64,000 nucleotides of DNA, from positions 32,001 through 96,000 of the forward strand of contig CAWVRN010000007.1 in assembly GCA_963932905.1 (NCBI GenBank), written 5' to 3'. The stretch comes from an uncultured Bdellovibrio sp. (GTDB lineage: Bacteria > Bdellovibrionota > Bdellovibrionia > Bdellovibrionales > Bdellovibrionaceae). Position 1 is the first letter of the stretch. Every line of letters begins with the position of its first letter. Both the position numbers and the translations under genes were made by a program. Shown here piece by piece: positions 37,300 to 48,300 of this stretch. The notes under the pieces were generated by a model. The model did not search any database and was not told the origin of the DNA. It saw nothing but the letters and a program-made list of their open reading frames with translations.

Positions 37300-39360
37300 T
37301 TAGTAACCTAGAGTTAAATCCATAATTTTATCGTAAATGCGGACAAGTAACGTTTTCCTTTCCGTAGCAAAACCACTATTTGCCAAATTACTAACTGCGT
37401 CTCGGAAATAGCTATGTTTAACACCGATAGAACTCGTCACTTTATTCCAAGCACTGTTGTAATTAGTAAATAGTGTCTGCTGATCAGGGATTTCAAATCC
37501 CGACCGACCAAAACGGTTGGCAGGTGCCACAAACATACGGATTCTGCCATCCTTCGTTGCTTCTTTATATACAGCCATCCATTCTTCAACTGTTTGTGGA
37601 CGCCCATGCGACGGATCTAAAACCCAAAATCCTCCGCCCTCTTTGGCAACCATATGAGCTACGTGCCACTGCCAACCAAAAAGGCCACCACTCATTTTGC
37701 CGTAGACGTAAATTTTTCGAGTTGAAGACGGATGAATGCCGAACTTTCTTGCGATTAGCTCGAAAATGAAAGCTCGCCCGAAACAAAAACCGAATTGTGA
37801 TTTAATGTCGTAGACAGCCAAGCTAGTCAGCCGAGTGACCGAATTAGTCGACAAAATTTTAAATATTTTCGTAGCTTCTGCTTCGTTGGCTGCGTACATC
37901 ACAATTTTAGTTCTATAAATAACCGATAACATCGCTGGATCTTTTCGCTGTAAACTCGAAACTGTTTCCAGATACTTTAAACGCGTTTCAGCTAACTTGA
38001 GCAAATTCGAGTATTTCAATTCTCCCTGAAGTTGTAATTCTTCTTTTGCTAGCGAGAACATTGTTTTAGCTAGAGGCGAATCTAAAAATTTAAGTGCGCG
38101 ACCTCTAAAGCCTTCGTTCATGTCTTTATTAGCTTCAATTTTGTGTTTAAGCTTGTCCACATGCCCAAGAAACTGAGAATTTTTCTTAATTCCTGCCAAG
38201 AAAAGCTCGGCATAATCGTCCACTTCATCTTTTTTCAGAGTTTCGATAATCGTAGACAGTCTGCCGGTCTCGGAATTTAACCAATCCTTAAATTCGGCGA
38301 AGGTCTCGAAGTTCTTTTCTTTTGCTAAAACTCGATCGGCGAGACGACGAGTCCATTCAATTGAGTCTGAAAAATCAGAATCACTTTTCATTAATCTATT
38401 TAACTTCTCTTGTGCTGCCTTCAATATGGGATCTTTTGCGATTTCCTCATGAGCGGCTTTACCTAATCCACTTTCCCATTTACTCGATGAAAGAATTTTT
38501 CTTTCATTAGCCGCTTGGATCATCTCGTTTGTAATAAATTTTGGATCATAGCTCTGTTCAATATCGAATCGGCCTTCAGCAAAAGGGTCGTCTTTCAACA
38601 CTAAAGCATCCACAAGCGCATTATATTCTTTTTCGGTCAGCTTTTTTGGAATATTTCCGGACCCTTCACCAGATTTTACTTGCTGATCTCTTCGCTGACC
38701 AACTCCGCCGCCGCCGAATTCAAAAAGATCCAAAAATCTCTTTCGGCGAGCATCTAAATTTTTTTGAGCATACTGTTCATATTCGGTACCCGCGAATAAA
38801 TCGTAATCACGCTCAATCAAACGAGCCACTCGCAAAGCAGTAATTTGCAGCTGAGTCAGCTGCAAATTAGGATCGTTTCGTAACTCTCTTAACGCTTTTT
38901 CGGCCTGATGTTCATGATTTTTGTTTATCAAGTGATTCCAGTTTAAAAAGCTTTGTACCGGGCTGCCGTCTGGATTACGTAAAGGACCCTCGCCTAGCAA
39001 ACCATCACTCAAAAGATCTTTTTCAGAGGACGTTAAAGCTTCAGGTTCGAATAAAATTTTCCTGTAAATTTCTTTATGCCCGGCCTCCATCGTTAGTCCG
39101 AATTCAATTTCAAACGCACGAACAAACATGGGAAAGAAAAGCTCAGTTTCTAGTTGTTTTAGACGACGTAGTTCGCGAGTGAGTGGCAGATTCTTTTTAT
39201 TCCATTCTAATTTAATTCGTCCCGACTCATCCCTACCCCAGCTCCCTTTTAGCTCTGTCTCGTAGTTACCCCTATAGACAGAAAGGCATTCTGAGTTAGC
39301 TTGCACCAAAGAGGAATAACTAATGATCAAGCTAGTTCCGTATAATAAAACTCGTCTCAT
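37300..39360 (-). CDS. Secreted protein with C-terminal protein-glutamine glutaminase (Cys-His-Asp) domain
   Basis: Start re-called at MRRVLL (AGGAG SD); signal peptide; FGFCFGRA / WQWHVA / VLDP triad motifs. Confidence 0.75.
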   Translation of the reverse strand: MRRVLLYGTSLIISYSSLVQANSECLSVYRGNYETELKGSWGRDESGRIKLEWNKKNLPLTRELRRLKQLETELFFPMFVRAFEIEFGLTMEAGHKEIYRKILFEPEALTSSEKDLLSDGLLGEGPLRNPDGSPVQSFLNWNHLINKNHEHQAEKALRELRNDPNLQLTQLQITALRVARLIERDYDLFAGTEYEQYAQKNLDARRKRFLDLFEFGGGGVGQRRDQQVKSGEGSGNIPKKLTEKEYNALVDALVLKDDPFAEGRFDIEQSYDPKFITNEMIQAANERKILSSSKWESGLGKAAHEEIAKDPILKAAQEKLNRLMKSDSDFSDSIEWTRRLADRVLAKEKNFETFAEFKDWLNSETGRLSTIIETLKKDEVDDYAELFLAGIKKNSQFLGHVDKLKHKIEANKDMNEGFRGRALKFLDSPLAKTMFSLAKEELQLQGELKYSNLLKLAETRLKYLETVSSLQRKDPAMLSVIYRTKIVMYAANEAEATKIFKILSTNSVTRLTSLAVYDIKSQFGFCFGRAFIFELIARKFGIHPSSTRKIYVYGKMSGGLFGWQWHVAHMVAKEGGGFWVLDPSHGRPQTVEEWMAVYKEATKDGRIRMFVAPANRFGRSGFEIPDQQTLFTNYNSAWNKVTSSIGVKHSYFRDAVSNLANSGFATERKTLLVRIYDKIMDLTLGY

Positions 39361-39443
39361 AAAATCTCCTATAACCGCTGCACTAGGATGCGATTTTAAT
39401 ACCGACCTTAAAATGAAAATATTTCCAAATGAGTCCACCTAAT

Positions 39444-39460
39444 TGTCTAGTTTTTAGACA
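39444..39460. promoter_or_regulatory. TGTCTCA-N3-TGAGACA-type palindrome
   Basis: TGTCTAGtttTTAGACA between divergent genes. Confidence 0.45.
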
Positions 39461-39530
39461 TGGCTCCAAAAGGGGCTTACGTTAACCTTTTCGAAACTAT
39501 AAAATAGCAAGCAGTGGCGGGGTAACTTAT

Positions 39531-39932
39531 ATGCAATCCATTCTATTTTTAATCCTTCTAGCCTCCATTGGCTCAGCCCAAACTGCGGAAAATCTGAAAA
39601 AATCAGAGGAAGATATCCGCCAAGACATGATCAAAATTTCTAGACAACTAGGGGTCACCTGCACGGAATGCCATAGCTCAAAGAATTTTAAATCAAATGA
39701 AAAACCTAATTTCAAAGTTTCATTGGCCCATATGAAAATGACGGAAATGTTAAAACAGCAGGGTTTTAGTGGTAAAAACGGTGAACCCGAGGCTTCCTGC
39801 TATATGTGCCATCGAGGGGCTTTAAAGTTTGATCACAAAGAACACTTCACCGATCATTTCAGATCAGAACCTAAAAAGAAAAAGGCTCCAGAAAAAGAAC
39901 AAGTTGTTGATGATAAAGCCGATGCTGATTAA
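39531..39932 (+). CDS. Periplasmic diheme cytochrome c (PufC-like half module)
   Basis: Signal peptide; M..IS..LGVTCTECH and CYMCH heme motifs. Confidence 0.85.
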   Translation: MQSILFLILLASIGSAQTAENLKKSEEDIRQDMIKISRQLGVTCTECHSSKNFKSNEKPNFKVSLAHMKMTEMLKQQGFSGKNGEPEASCYMCHRGALKFDHKEHFTDHFRSEPKKKKAPEKEQVVDDKADAD

Positions 39933-40291
39933 CCAGCCGCTTTATTTTCGATAGCGTCAAGCGCTGCAGACAAGAACTGCTTCTGACCGTCATCATCTGT
40001 CTGCGAGGTTAAATCCTGAAAGCGACGACGAACGTCACTGATCGAAGACCCCGCAGGTAATCCAAAAACCTCGTAGGCATCCCAGCCGTGTCCGTTCCAC
40101 ATAAAAATAACATTCAGTACTTTGGCTTGCACTTCGGCTTTTACGCCCAGAACCGTCGGCTTTTGTGTTTTCATATCTGCTCTCATATTTAATACCGTCG
40201 GCTTGGGACTGCTCCCACGTCGCGATAAAATCCACAGTATAAAGGTGCCTGCAATTAGCACTTGAACAATGACGATAATTTGACTATTCAT
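39929..40291 (-). CDS. Membrane-anchored J-like domain protein lacking HPD
   Basis: TM helix, then DAYEVFGLPAGSSISDVRRRF; start re-called at MNSQII. Confidence 0.6.
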   Translation of the reverse strand: MNSQIIVIVQVLIAGTFILWILSRRGSSPKPTVLNMRADMKTQKPTVLGVKAEVQAKVLNVIFMWNGHGWDAYEVFGLPAGSSISDVRRRFQDLTSQTDDDGQKQFLSAALDAIENKAAG

Positions 40292-40382
40292 CTCTGTCTC
40301 TGCCTCTATTATCTCAATTATAGGGCAATGTTTCAAATTTAAAAAGTAAAACTAAATCTTTTTACTTTAGTAAAGGACGTTT

Positions 40383-41174
40383 ATGGCAGCTCCAAATCCA
40401 TTTGATCAACAGGCCAAAATACCGGGCGTAAAGCACATAATCGCCGTCAGTTCGGGCAAAGGCGGCGTAGGCAAGTCCACCGTTAGCACGCATTTAGCGT
40501 TGGCCTTGGCGAAACGTTTCAAAGTGGGAATCTTAGATGCCGACATTTACGGTCCGAGCCTGCCTCGCATGTTAGGCTGTCTCAAACAGAAACCCGCCAT
40601 CACTCCAGAACAAAAGTTAATCCCAATAGAACGCTATGGTTTAAAAATCATGAGCATTGGTTTTCTAATTGACGAAGGTGCAGCGGTTGTATGGCGTGGC
40701 CCCATGCTATTCAAAGCTATGGATCAGTTCCTGCGTGATGTTCAATGGGGTGAGCTAGACTTTTTGATAGTCGATCTACCTCCGGGTACAGGAGATGTGC
40801 AATTAAGTTTAGCTCAAAAGGTTCCTTTAGCAGGGGCCGTGATCGTATCGACTCCGCAAAATATCTCGTTGATCGATGTTAAGAAAGCCGTTGATATGTT
40901 TCAGCGTCTGCAAGTTCCTTTGTTAGGTGCAGTGGAAAACATGGCCTATATGATTAACCCAGTGAACGGCGAACGTATGCAATTATTCCCTAAAGGGGAA
41001 ATTGATTCTTACTTTGAATCCATCAAAGTTCCTAAATTAGGCGAAGTGCCTTTTAATTCCCATGTAGGACTGGCCTCAGAAGCTGGAATTCCTGTTATTG
41101 AAAGTTATCCTGACGGCGCAGAAGCTTTAGAATTCAAAAAAATTGCGGATAAATTAGCGGCGCGGTTTACTTAG
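40383..41174 (+). CDS. mrp: Mrp/ApbC Fe-S cluster carrier ATPase
   Basis: SGKGGVGKST, DADIYGPS, WRGPM and DLPPGTGD. Confidence 0.95.
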   Translation: MAAPNPFDQQAKIPGVKHIIAVSSGKGGVGKSTVSTHLALALAKRFKVGILDADIYGPSLPRMLGCLKQKPAITPEQKLIPIERYGLKIMSIGFLIDEGAAVVWRGPMLFKAMDQFLRDVQWGELDFLIVDLPPGTGDVQLSLAQKVPLAGAVIVSTPQNISLIDVKKAVDMFQRLQVPLLGAVENMAYMINPVNGERMQLFPKGEIDSYFESIKVPKLGEVPFNSHVGLASEAGIPVIESYPDGAEALEFKKIADKLAARFT

Positions 41175-44100
41175 CGCCCGCTTGTTTGATCGAATTGATA
41201 ACGTCCATCTTATCTTTCATCTCTTTTACAATCGCACCTAAATTATCTTTAGCTGACTGAGAGTACAACGGCACTTTCAGCTCTTGCGTTGTGCGAATGC
41301 GTATTGTGTATTCTTTTTCTTGGGACGTCTTTTCTACGTAGTCGATATAATCACCGATTTTTTTCAAAACATCCATTTCATCCGTCAAACGTTTCGAATA
41401 GCGATCGAATTTCATTTTCTTATCTCTATATACCGAAACATAGCTTTCATCATAATAACGGTACAAAGACTTCATAATAAAATCTGAACTTAGTAACTGT
41501 ATCGGACGACGAGTGGCAAACCTATCGCCAATAAAATTCGAATCAAGACCGTAGTAACCAATAAATGAACGACTCATTTCAGTCAAAAGATTGTCGAAGA
41601 ATGGGTACGCGATATCAAGTTCTTTCAAAATAAATTTAAATCGCTGGAAGTCTTCGCGGTCAAACAAATCTTTAACACCAATCAGATCAAGTGTTGTTTT
41701 TGTATCATCAGTGATATGTAACAAGAAAATGCCATGATAGTAAATTTTCGTAATATGTTCCAAATCAAACGGTGACCGAATATCGAAAGAATTATTCAAG
41801 GTTGGACCGAAACGATACAAACTATAAGCAATATTGAATTGCTCTGAAAGTTTTGATGCCGACAGTTTTCCTTTTCCAAACCAATTAACAAAATCTGCCT
41901 GAGAGCCGCCTTTGACAGGCGCAAATTCATGAACAGTAACGATCTTTTGAACCTTACTATCTAAAGTTTCCGAACTTGAAAATGCAACCGATCTGATTTC
42001 TGCTTTACGATAAAACGTTTGTGTCGCCATTCCCGCACTGAAGTTAATTTTCAAAGCCGGGTCAATAGGTGGCAACTGAACAGATCCTAAATTTAGGCCG
42101 TATTCAACATATTGCTTAACTCTAAAATAGAAATCTAAATGTATAACAGACAACTGACCCGCATTGAAATAACTACGCGACGAAATGTTGGTCGGTAAAG
42201 CATAACTTAATGGCGCAATACTAGAAACTAACGTTTTAGATTGGGCATTAACTTTAGACAAAACGAATTCCCAATACTTTTTCTCGTACGCAAGAACCTT
42301 GTTTACTAATTCCTGTTCTTTCTTTCTTTTCAGATAATAACATTCGTCGAACGTTTTTGCCATTCCAAGGTAGTCGGTCAAAAACTGAGTGTAAAATCCT
42401 TTAAAGTTTTCCAATTCTTTAGCAATTTTTGAATTTTCCAATCCCGCGTCCGCGAGTGAATCAGACAAAGTTTCCATATATAGAACCACGTAACTAATAT
42501 CGGCTCTAATAAACTCCAACGCCTTTGTAATTTCACTATTATAAGGGAACAGTCCCATGACATCCGAACCACCGCCATGTTCTGACGACGACGCATTAGA
42601 TTCAATATTATCGGATAGTTTTCCGACAAGGAGTGATTTTTGCAAATCTTCTAAATCAAATTCACGCTCAACATCTTGATTGGCTTTCCAAGCTTCACAT
42701 TGGCTTTGAAACTTTGCCAATTGAGCCGAGCGTAGTTTAACTTTAATACCTTCGTGCAATTTGAACACTTTTGCTTCCTGACCCTGGCCCGGCTTCACGA
42801 CCGCGATTTGAACCAAACGGCTTTGAGCTAGCCACATGAACAAATTTTTAAGCAAATCTTGCTCGTCGTAACCAAGTTCTTTGAACAAGCCCAGCTTAAT
42901 GCCATCGGCAAGACCATCTAGAACTTCGAATTTTTGAAGCATTCGATCATTTTGACTAAATTCAAACTGGTCCGCTAATTCGCCAAGATAGAATCCTTCT
43001 GAAATCATCAACACGTTCGGAATAATATTACTAACCTTAATATTCGCCGATGAATCTTTTTTAATAATTTGATCGTTTAATTTAACTTCTTCTTTTATAT
43101 CGATATTATTTTCAGCAAACATTTTCAACAACACTAGAACTGAATTCGAAGTTAGAAAGCGTTTCAAGAATATGTCCATATCCACAATTTTCTTATGTAG
43201 GCCATCGGCCTTTAAAGACTTGGTCGCCGGCAAGAAAATACGTACTTTTTCAATACGTTCGCGGCTTAATGTTTGGGACATAGCTAATGACTTGCGTAGT
43301 TCTGGGAAGTAGTCGGCCGATTGATAGTTCACACGTTTTTTCTGAAACTGAGCGAATTCTTCTTTGTATTTCAATATGATTTGTGCCACTTCGTAATTTA
43401 CCCAATGTCCCAACGCGACTTTGAAAGTAGACGGATTAATCAATCCACTTTTAATCATGTTTTCTGTATTGTTCGCATCGATGTCGGAAATCAACATCGA
43501 AACCACTAAACCTAGCTCATTTTCATTGGTAATTTCTTGTAAACCAATTTTAGAAGTGAAAACTGGGATATCCGTTTTCATTCTTTGAATGTTCTTTTTG
43601 TAATCAGATAATTCTTTAGCTGCATTCGGCGAAAGAACCTGAGTGATGTCCTTCTTCAAACTAGTTAATGAGGTAAGTAGCTTTTCGCGTTGGGAACGCG
43701 TAATAGTCGCACCTGAAAATTCCTTTTCATCAATTTTTATTTTTGAATTTAAAGAGGTTGTTAATAAATGCTCGATCAGATCTCGATTTGTTTTTACCCA
43801 CAGATTGCCATCTTTAATAAAACTAAAATTCGTTTCATTCTTGATGGAGCTAATTTGATTTTGCATAAACAACAGGTCCTCGTCTGTCGTTCCCACCTCT
43901 TGTATCTTGTTCATTAACAAAACTAACTTAAACCTAAAAATAGGGTCTTTAGATTCTTCAGCAGATTTGTAAATTAGCTTTTTAGTTTCAGGTATATGTA
44001 GACCATCAATCACTCGGCTATCGATATCAGCGTCCGAGAAAATAAAATCAACTAGTTTATTGAAAAGGCCAATTTTACCTCTCTCAGTCCACTTCCTGAC

Positions 44101-44385
44101 TAAAAATGAAATCATTTGCTGGGTTTCATTAGAATATTTAACTCGTAATTCAGCTTTCATAAAATCAGACATCATGTACTGTTCTGATCTTTGAATGCGT
44201 TCAGCTTCGTCCTGTACGCCATTGATTTCCGCAACGATATTTTTGCCTTCATCAGCAGGACCGAAATCGCCCGATAAAACTTGCGTGCGTTCCCCTTCAT
44301 GCTTTTTAATGGGGGCTTTTTCACCGGTACAGTTAACTAGCAAAAATACCATCGCTAACAAACAAGCCATCATTCTAGATTTCAT
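41167..44385 (-). CDS. Large hypothetical lipoprotein (paralog of 45307..48660)
   Basis: Lipobox LVNC; 1072 aa, mostly helical; shares blocks with 45307..48660. Confidence 0.8.
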   Translation of the reverse strand: MKSRMMACLLAMVFLLVNCTGEKAPIKKHEGERTQVLSGDFGPADEGKNIVAEINGVQDEAERIQRSEQYMMSDFMKAELRVKYSNETQQMISFLVRKWTERGKIGLFNKLVDFIFSDADIDSRVIDGLHIPETKKLIYKSAEESKDPIFRFKLVLLMNKIQEVGTTDEDLLFMQNQISSIKNETNFSFIKDGNLWVKTNRDLIEHLLTTSLNSKIKIDEKEFSGATITRSQREKLLTSLTSLKKDITQVLSPNAAKELSDYKKNIQRMKTDIPVFTSKIGLQEITNENELGLVVSMLISDIDANNTENMIKSGLINPSTFKVALGHWVNYEVAQIILKYKEEFAQFQKKRVNYQSADYFPELRKSLAMSQTLSRERIEKVRIFLPATKSLKADGLHKKIVDMDIFLKRFLTSNSVLVLLKMFAENNIDIKEEVKLNDQIIKKDSSANIKVSNIIPNVLMISEGFYLGELADQFEFSQNDRMLQKFEVLDGLADGIKLGLFKELGYDEQDLLKNLFMWLAQSRLVQIAVVKPGQGQEAKVFKLHEGIKVKLRSAQLAKFQSQCEAWKANQDVEREFDLEDLQKSLLVGKLSDNIESNASSSEHGGGSDVMGLFPYNSEITKALEFIRADISYVVLYMETLSDSLADAGLENSKIAKELENFKGFYTQFLTDYLGMAKTFDECYYLKRKKEQELVNKVLAYEKKYWEFVLSKVNAQSKTLVSSIAPLSYALPTNISSRSYFNAGQLSVIHLDFYFRVKQYVEYGLNLGSVQLPPIDPALKINFSAGMATQTFYRKAEIRSVAFSSSETLDSKVQKIVTVHEFAPVKGGSQADFVNWFGKGKLSASKLSEQFNIAYSLYRFGPTLNNSFDIRSPFDLEHITKIYYHGIFLLHITDDTKTTLDLIGVKDLFDREDFQRFKFILKELDIAYPFFDNLLTEMSRSFIGYYGLDSNFIGDRFATRRPIQLLSSDFIMKSLYRYYDESYVSVYRDKKMKFDRYSKRLTDEMDVLKKIGDYIDYVEKTSQEKEYTIRIRTTQELKVPLYSQSAKDNLGAIVKEMKDKMDVINSIKQAGAK

Positions 44386-45307
44386 ATGAAACTCCTAGAG
44401 TGACTTTCTGTTCCCATTCGTTTACGTAAAAGAAACGCATTGTTTTATTTTCGTCGTAACTGCCAACCAAATAATTCAAACTCACTTTAGCTTTGCCGAT
44501 TTTGTAACCGCCATAAATCAACGTCGACGTAACCAGAGTGTAGTTACCATCAAATGCTGACCGATTAGCGACATTTTGACTGATGCCAATAGATGCATCT
44601 TTACTGATTTTATACGGAACACCCACGCTAAATGTATACGCATTCGACCACGCCGAGTTCTTTTTATTCGTTGTTGGAGAATAGTCGTAGGTGTGCTGAG
44701 TATAGGCCGCCGACAAGCCATGGTTAAACTGAATAAAATAGAACTTATGAGACGCACCCAAACTATAACTTAAGCCTGTTTTGATTCCTTCGAATTGAGA
44801 GTCGTAGCTGGTTGGCGCAAATGTCGAAACGTTTTGGCTTAACTTCACATTGTTAATCTCACCTAAATCGTGGGACCAGCTGAGTGATAAATCGTCCCAA
44901 ACCGGGTTACCTTCTTCTTTAGGGATATTATTATCAACCGCATAATAACTAACACCCATTTGCAGTCCAAGGCTTTGAGTTTTAGTTAATTTATAGGCAC
45001 CGCTCAAAGAAAGCGTTTGGTTATAAGTTCTATTTGTTTGTTCCTTTGAAAAATCAGTACCGGAGGAGGCATAGAAACTTAAACCAAACGGAGTTTCTTC
45101 CTTTGTGATTTTTGACGATAACGAATTCATACGTGACGTTTTAAAATAGCTATCATTTTCAATATACTGCCGCTTAGGACGCGCCTTCTGAAGCACCGAT
45201 TGGGAATAGCCAGCGGACGATCCTAATAAAAGAGCCACCACCAACCAAATACCAGTCAGGCAGCGATTCAATTTTTGAAAATAGCCGTAGTGTCCGCTTA
45301 TCATCAC
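44375..45307 (-). CDS. Predicted outer-membrane beta-barrel protein
   Basis: Signal peptide; alternating Tyr/Ser/Gly-rich strands; ends KVTLGVSYEI. Confidence 0.75.
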   Translation of the reverse strand: MMISGHYGYFQKLNRCLTGIWLVVALLLGSSAGYSQSVLQKARPKRQYIENDSYFKTSRMNSLSSKITKEETPFGLSFYASSGTDFSKEQTNRTYNQTLSLSGAYKLTKTQSLGLQMGVSYYAVDNNIPKEEGNPVWDDLSLSWSHDLGEINNVKLSQNVSTFAPTSYDSQFEGIKTGLSYSLGASHKFYFIQFNHGLSAAYTQHTYDYSPTTNKKNSAWSNAYTFSVGVPYKISKDASIGISQNVANRSAFDGNYTLVTSTLIYGGYKIGKAKVSLNYLVGSYDENKTMRFFYVNEWEQKVTLGVSYEI

Positions 45308-48300
45308 TATCTTTTACCTTGCTTTGAAAAACAGTTTTTAGCCGTCGTTTGCTCTTTAAAGCATTCACCAGTTCTTACGTTATGGAAGTTGTTAATCTTG
45401 CGCTGAGCATTTTTTAATACTTCTGCAGAAATCAAGCGGTAGTTACCGTCTTGAATCATATCCGGAGAATACATCCCACGCTGGCCATCATTTAGTTCAT
45501 AACGAATCACAAAATCACTAGCTTTAGTCGACTTCTCGATGCCCATCAAAGAGCCCAAGATATCATTTAGACGACTATCCATCGCTTTCACTTTGTTTCT
45601 ATATTTGCTTTCTAATATACCACTCACTTCGGCGGGAACTGGGAAAACAAATTTCTCCAAGTTCGCCATCGCTTTATGGAAATCAGCGGCTTCGTTCATA
45701 TCGTTTTCTACTTGAATCCATTTTTCAAAAGAACTATCCAAAATACCTTTGAATTCGCTGTCTGGACTATCAAACAGAATGCCTACCAATTTATCTTTTG
45801 TTTCACGTGATTTCATTTTCATCAGCTGTAAAACCTTGGCTTCGCGTTCAGAAATACCGATTAACGAAAGAATATTCTTAGCTTCTGCCAAAATATCGTT
45901 AGCCGTAATTTTTCCTTTGGCTTTGCCACCCTCAATATCGAAACTTAAATTATACAAGCTCATTACGCTTTCCATTTTTAGAATCAATGGTTGGGTTTCA
46001 ATCATCGAAGTTATCCACTGGAAACTACTTTTCGAGGTAGCCTGTATAGTTCTGAGTCCATAAGAAATAAACTCATCACGCGTAAATTGTTTCTTAGTAC
46101 CGATATCTCTAAACGGAACCACCATGGCTTTCAGATTATAACCATCGATACCTTGTTGATCTGGCAAATCAAATGTAACTGACGGTTTCAAAGTTTGGCT
46201 GTATCCCATTACTCGCGAAATCAAACTCCAATGAGAGAATGTGTACTGATTATCGGTAACAGAATCATTGACACCCATTTTCATCGCAGTTTTTAAAGCA
46301 TCTTGAGCGTCTTTTTTGGACTTAGCATCTGTGATTTTGCGAAGTTTATCTGCTTCATCAAAAACTTTTCCAAAATGTTCAGCTTCTAATTCATATACGG
46401 CCAATGTGCGATCGCGCTCCATCAGTACCAATTTGTTTAAGCAATCCGAAGCTTTCTTATGCTGATCAACCGCCACATTAAAGAATTTGACCTTTAAATC
46501 TTCATAGGAGGCGATTTCTTTTCTAAGTTCTTCGATAATTTGTTTGTCTGATTCGCTATTTAATTTCTGAGCCAAAATCTCCATCATCGAGCTAATTTGT
46601 AAATTTAGTGATTCATAATCGTCACGGACGCCACGGTATTCACTGATTGGTCCAGAAATGTATAAACTGTAGAGCTTATTTAGAGTTGCGTTCGTTAAGT
46701 TACCGAACAAAAGGTACTTTTGCAGGTCTTCCGCAGCAAATTTCAATTCAAAATCTAAATCGCCTTTTTTCACTAGATCGCAGGTCGCCATGATGTTTTG
46801 GAATTCTACGTCGTTATTAGAATTCATATTTTCCATCGTCTCGATCATCTTTTTTAGCTTCGACGTTTCTTCCGAAAGCGTACGTTTCACCGCATTTTGG
46901 AAGAATTTGATTTTAGATGAACGTTTAATACCAGCATCTTCCGTTACGATCGAGAATGTATCAAACACTCCCGATTCTAAACCGAAGTAGTATGAAAAAA
47001 TCGTTTCTGTTTTATTGATCGGAGCTGAATCGCCGCCAAAGATGAACCACGGTTCGTCGATCTTGCCGTTGATCATATCTTTCATCACTTCTTTTGGCGT
47101 TACTTTAAAGTCCATTCCCCAGAATGATTTAACTTTAATTTCAGCTTCCTGATCGATCATGATATCATTGATAACCATCATATTGGGGTAGATCGATAGA
47201 TATTTAACGTTACGACTGATACTGCGTAGTACCCCTTCTGTATCATCCATGATTGATTTTCTGCCGTTAGATTTCTGCTTAGCAAAAATAGCCATTGTTT
47301 CAACACGGCTTAAGAACATCGACCATTCGTCATTGATGGTCTGACTGCGATTAACCACTTGATCGAATAGCTTTTCATTAGGGATATCCTTTTGTTTAAA
47401 GATATTTCCCATGTAAATATTCGTATTGAACAACATTTTTAAGAATTCGAATTTAAAATATAAACGAATTGTACGGTCTAGATAATCTTGACGTTTCTCC
47501 GTACCTTCCCAAAATAAATTTGCCTCTTCTAGACCTAAATGGCCACGATACAAACGATCAACAACATAAAAATACTCATTATAGAATGAATCTGATGTTA
47601 AATCTTCAATGTTGATTTTAAAATTTTTCAGCACGTTAGTTTTAACAGCAGCCACTCTTACTTTCTTCTTCTCATCTTCAGAAAGCGCTTTAAATTTAGC
47701 TTCATCGTTTCCTTTAGCTATATCTTCCTGGATTTCTAGCACGGAATCATGGAAAGACATTCCTAAGGAATCTTTGGTGCTTTTTAAATCATTGATAACT
47801 TGTTTTAAACCTGGAGATAACTTTTTATCTTCATAGATAAAACCCTTAGCCGCCACTTCAAATACTTTAACTGATCCAAGCTGAGTATAGCTCTTATCAA
47901 ATGCCGAATATCTCCATGGCTCTAGTTTCTTTAACCATTCAGAGATCTTTGCATCCTTCTTATCGATCACGTTTTGGCTTAAGATAATTTGGAACAATTT
48001 GGCGTGGCGTTCTTTATTTTCCGCCTCGACCTTGCCGAGACTGTTTAAGTATTCGAAATACTCTTTTCCTCTAAGGATATACATCATCTCAAGTTCTACT
48101 GTTCTTAGACGGTTATTAACTTCGAAACCTAGCTGAATGATTTTGTAATATTCGTCAATTTTAAGAGTCTTTTCTTTCAGTTTTAAAATTTCAGTAATAA
48201 CGCTCACACTTCGCTGATCGCGCTTCAAAAAGTTTAACGATTCACAACCACGCAAGTCTTTCTCGCAACCTTTAAGTGCCCATTTCAAGTAAGCGTCTGC

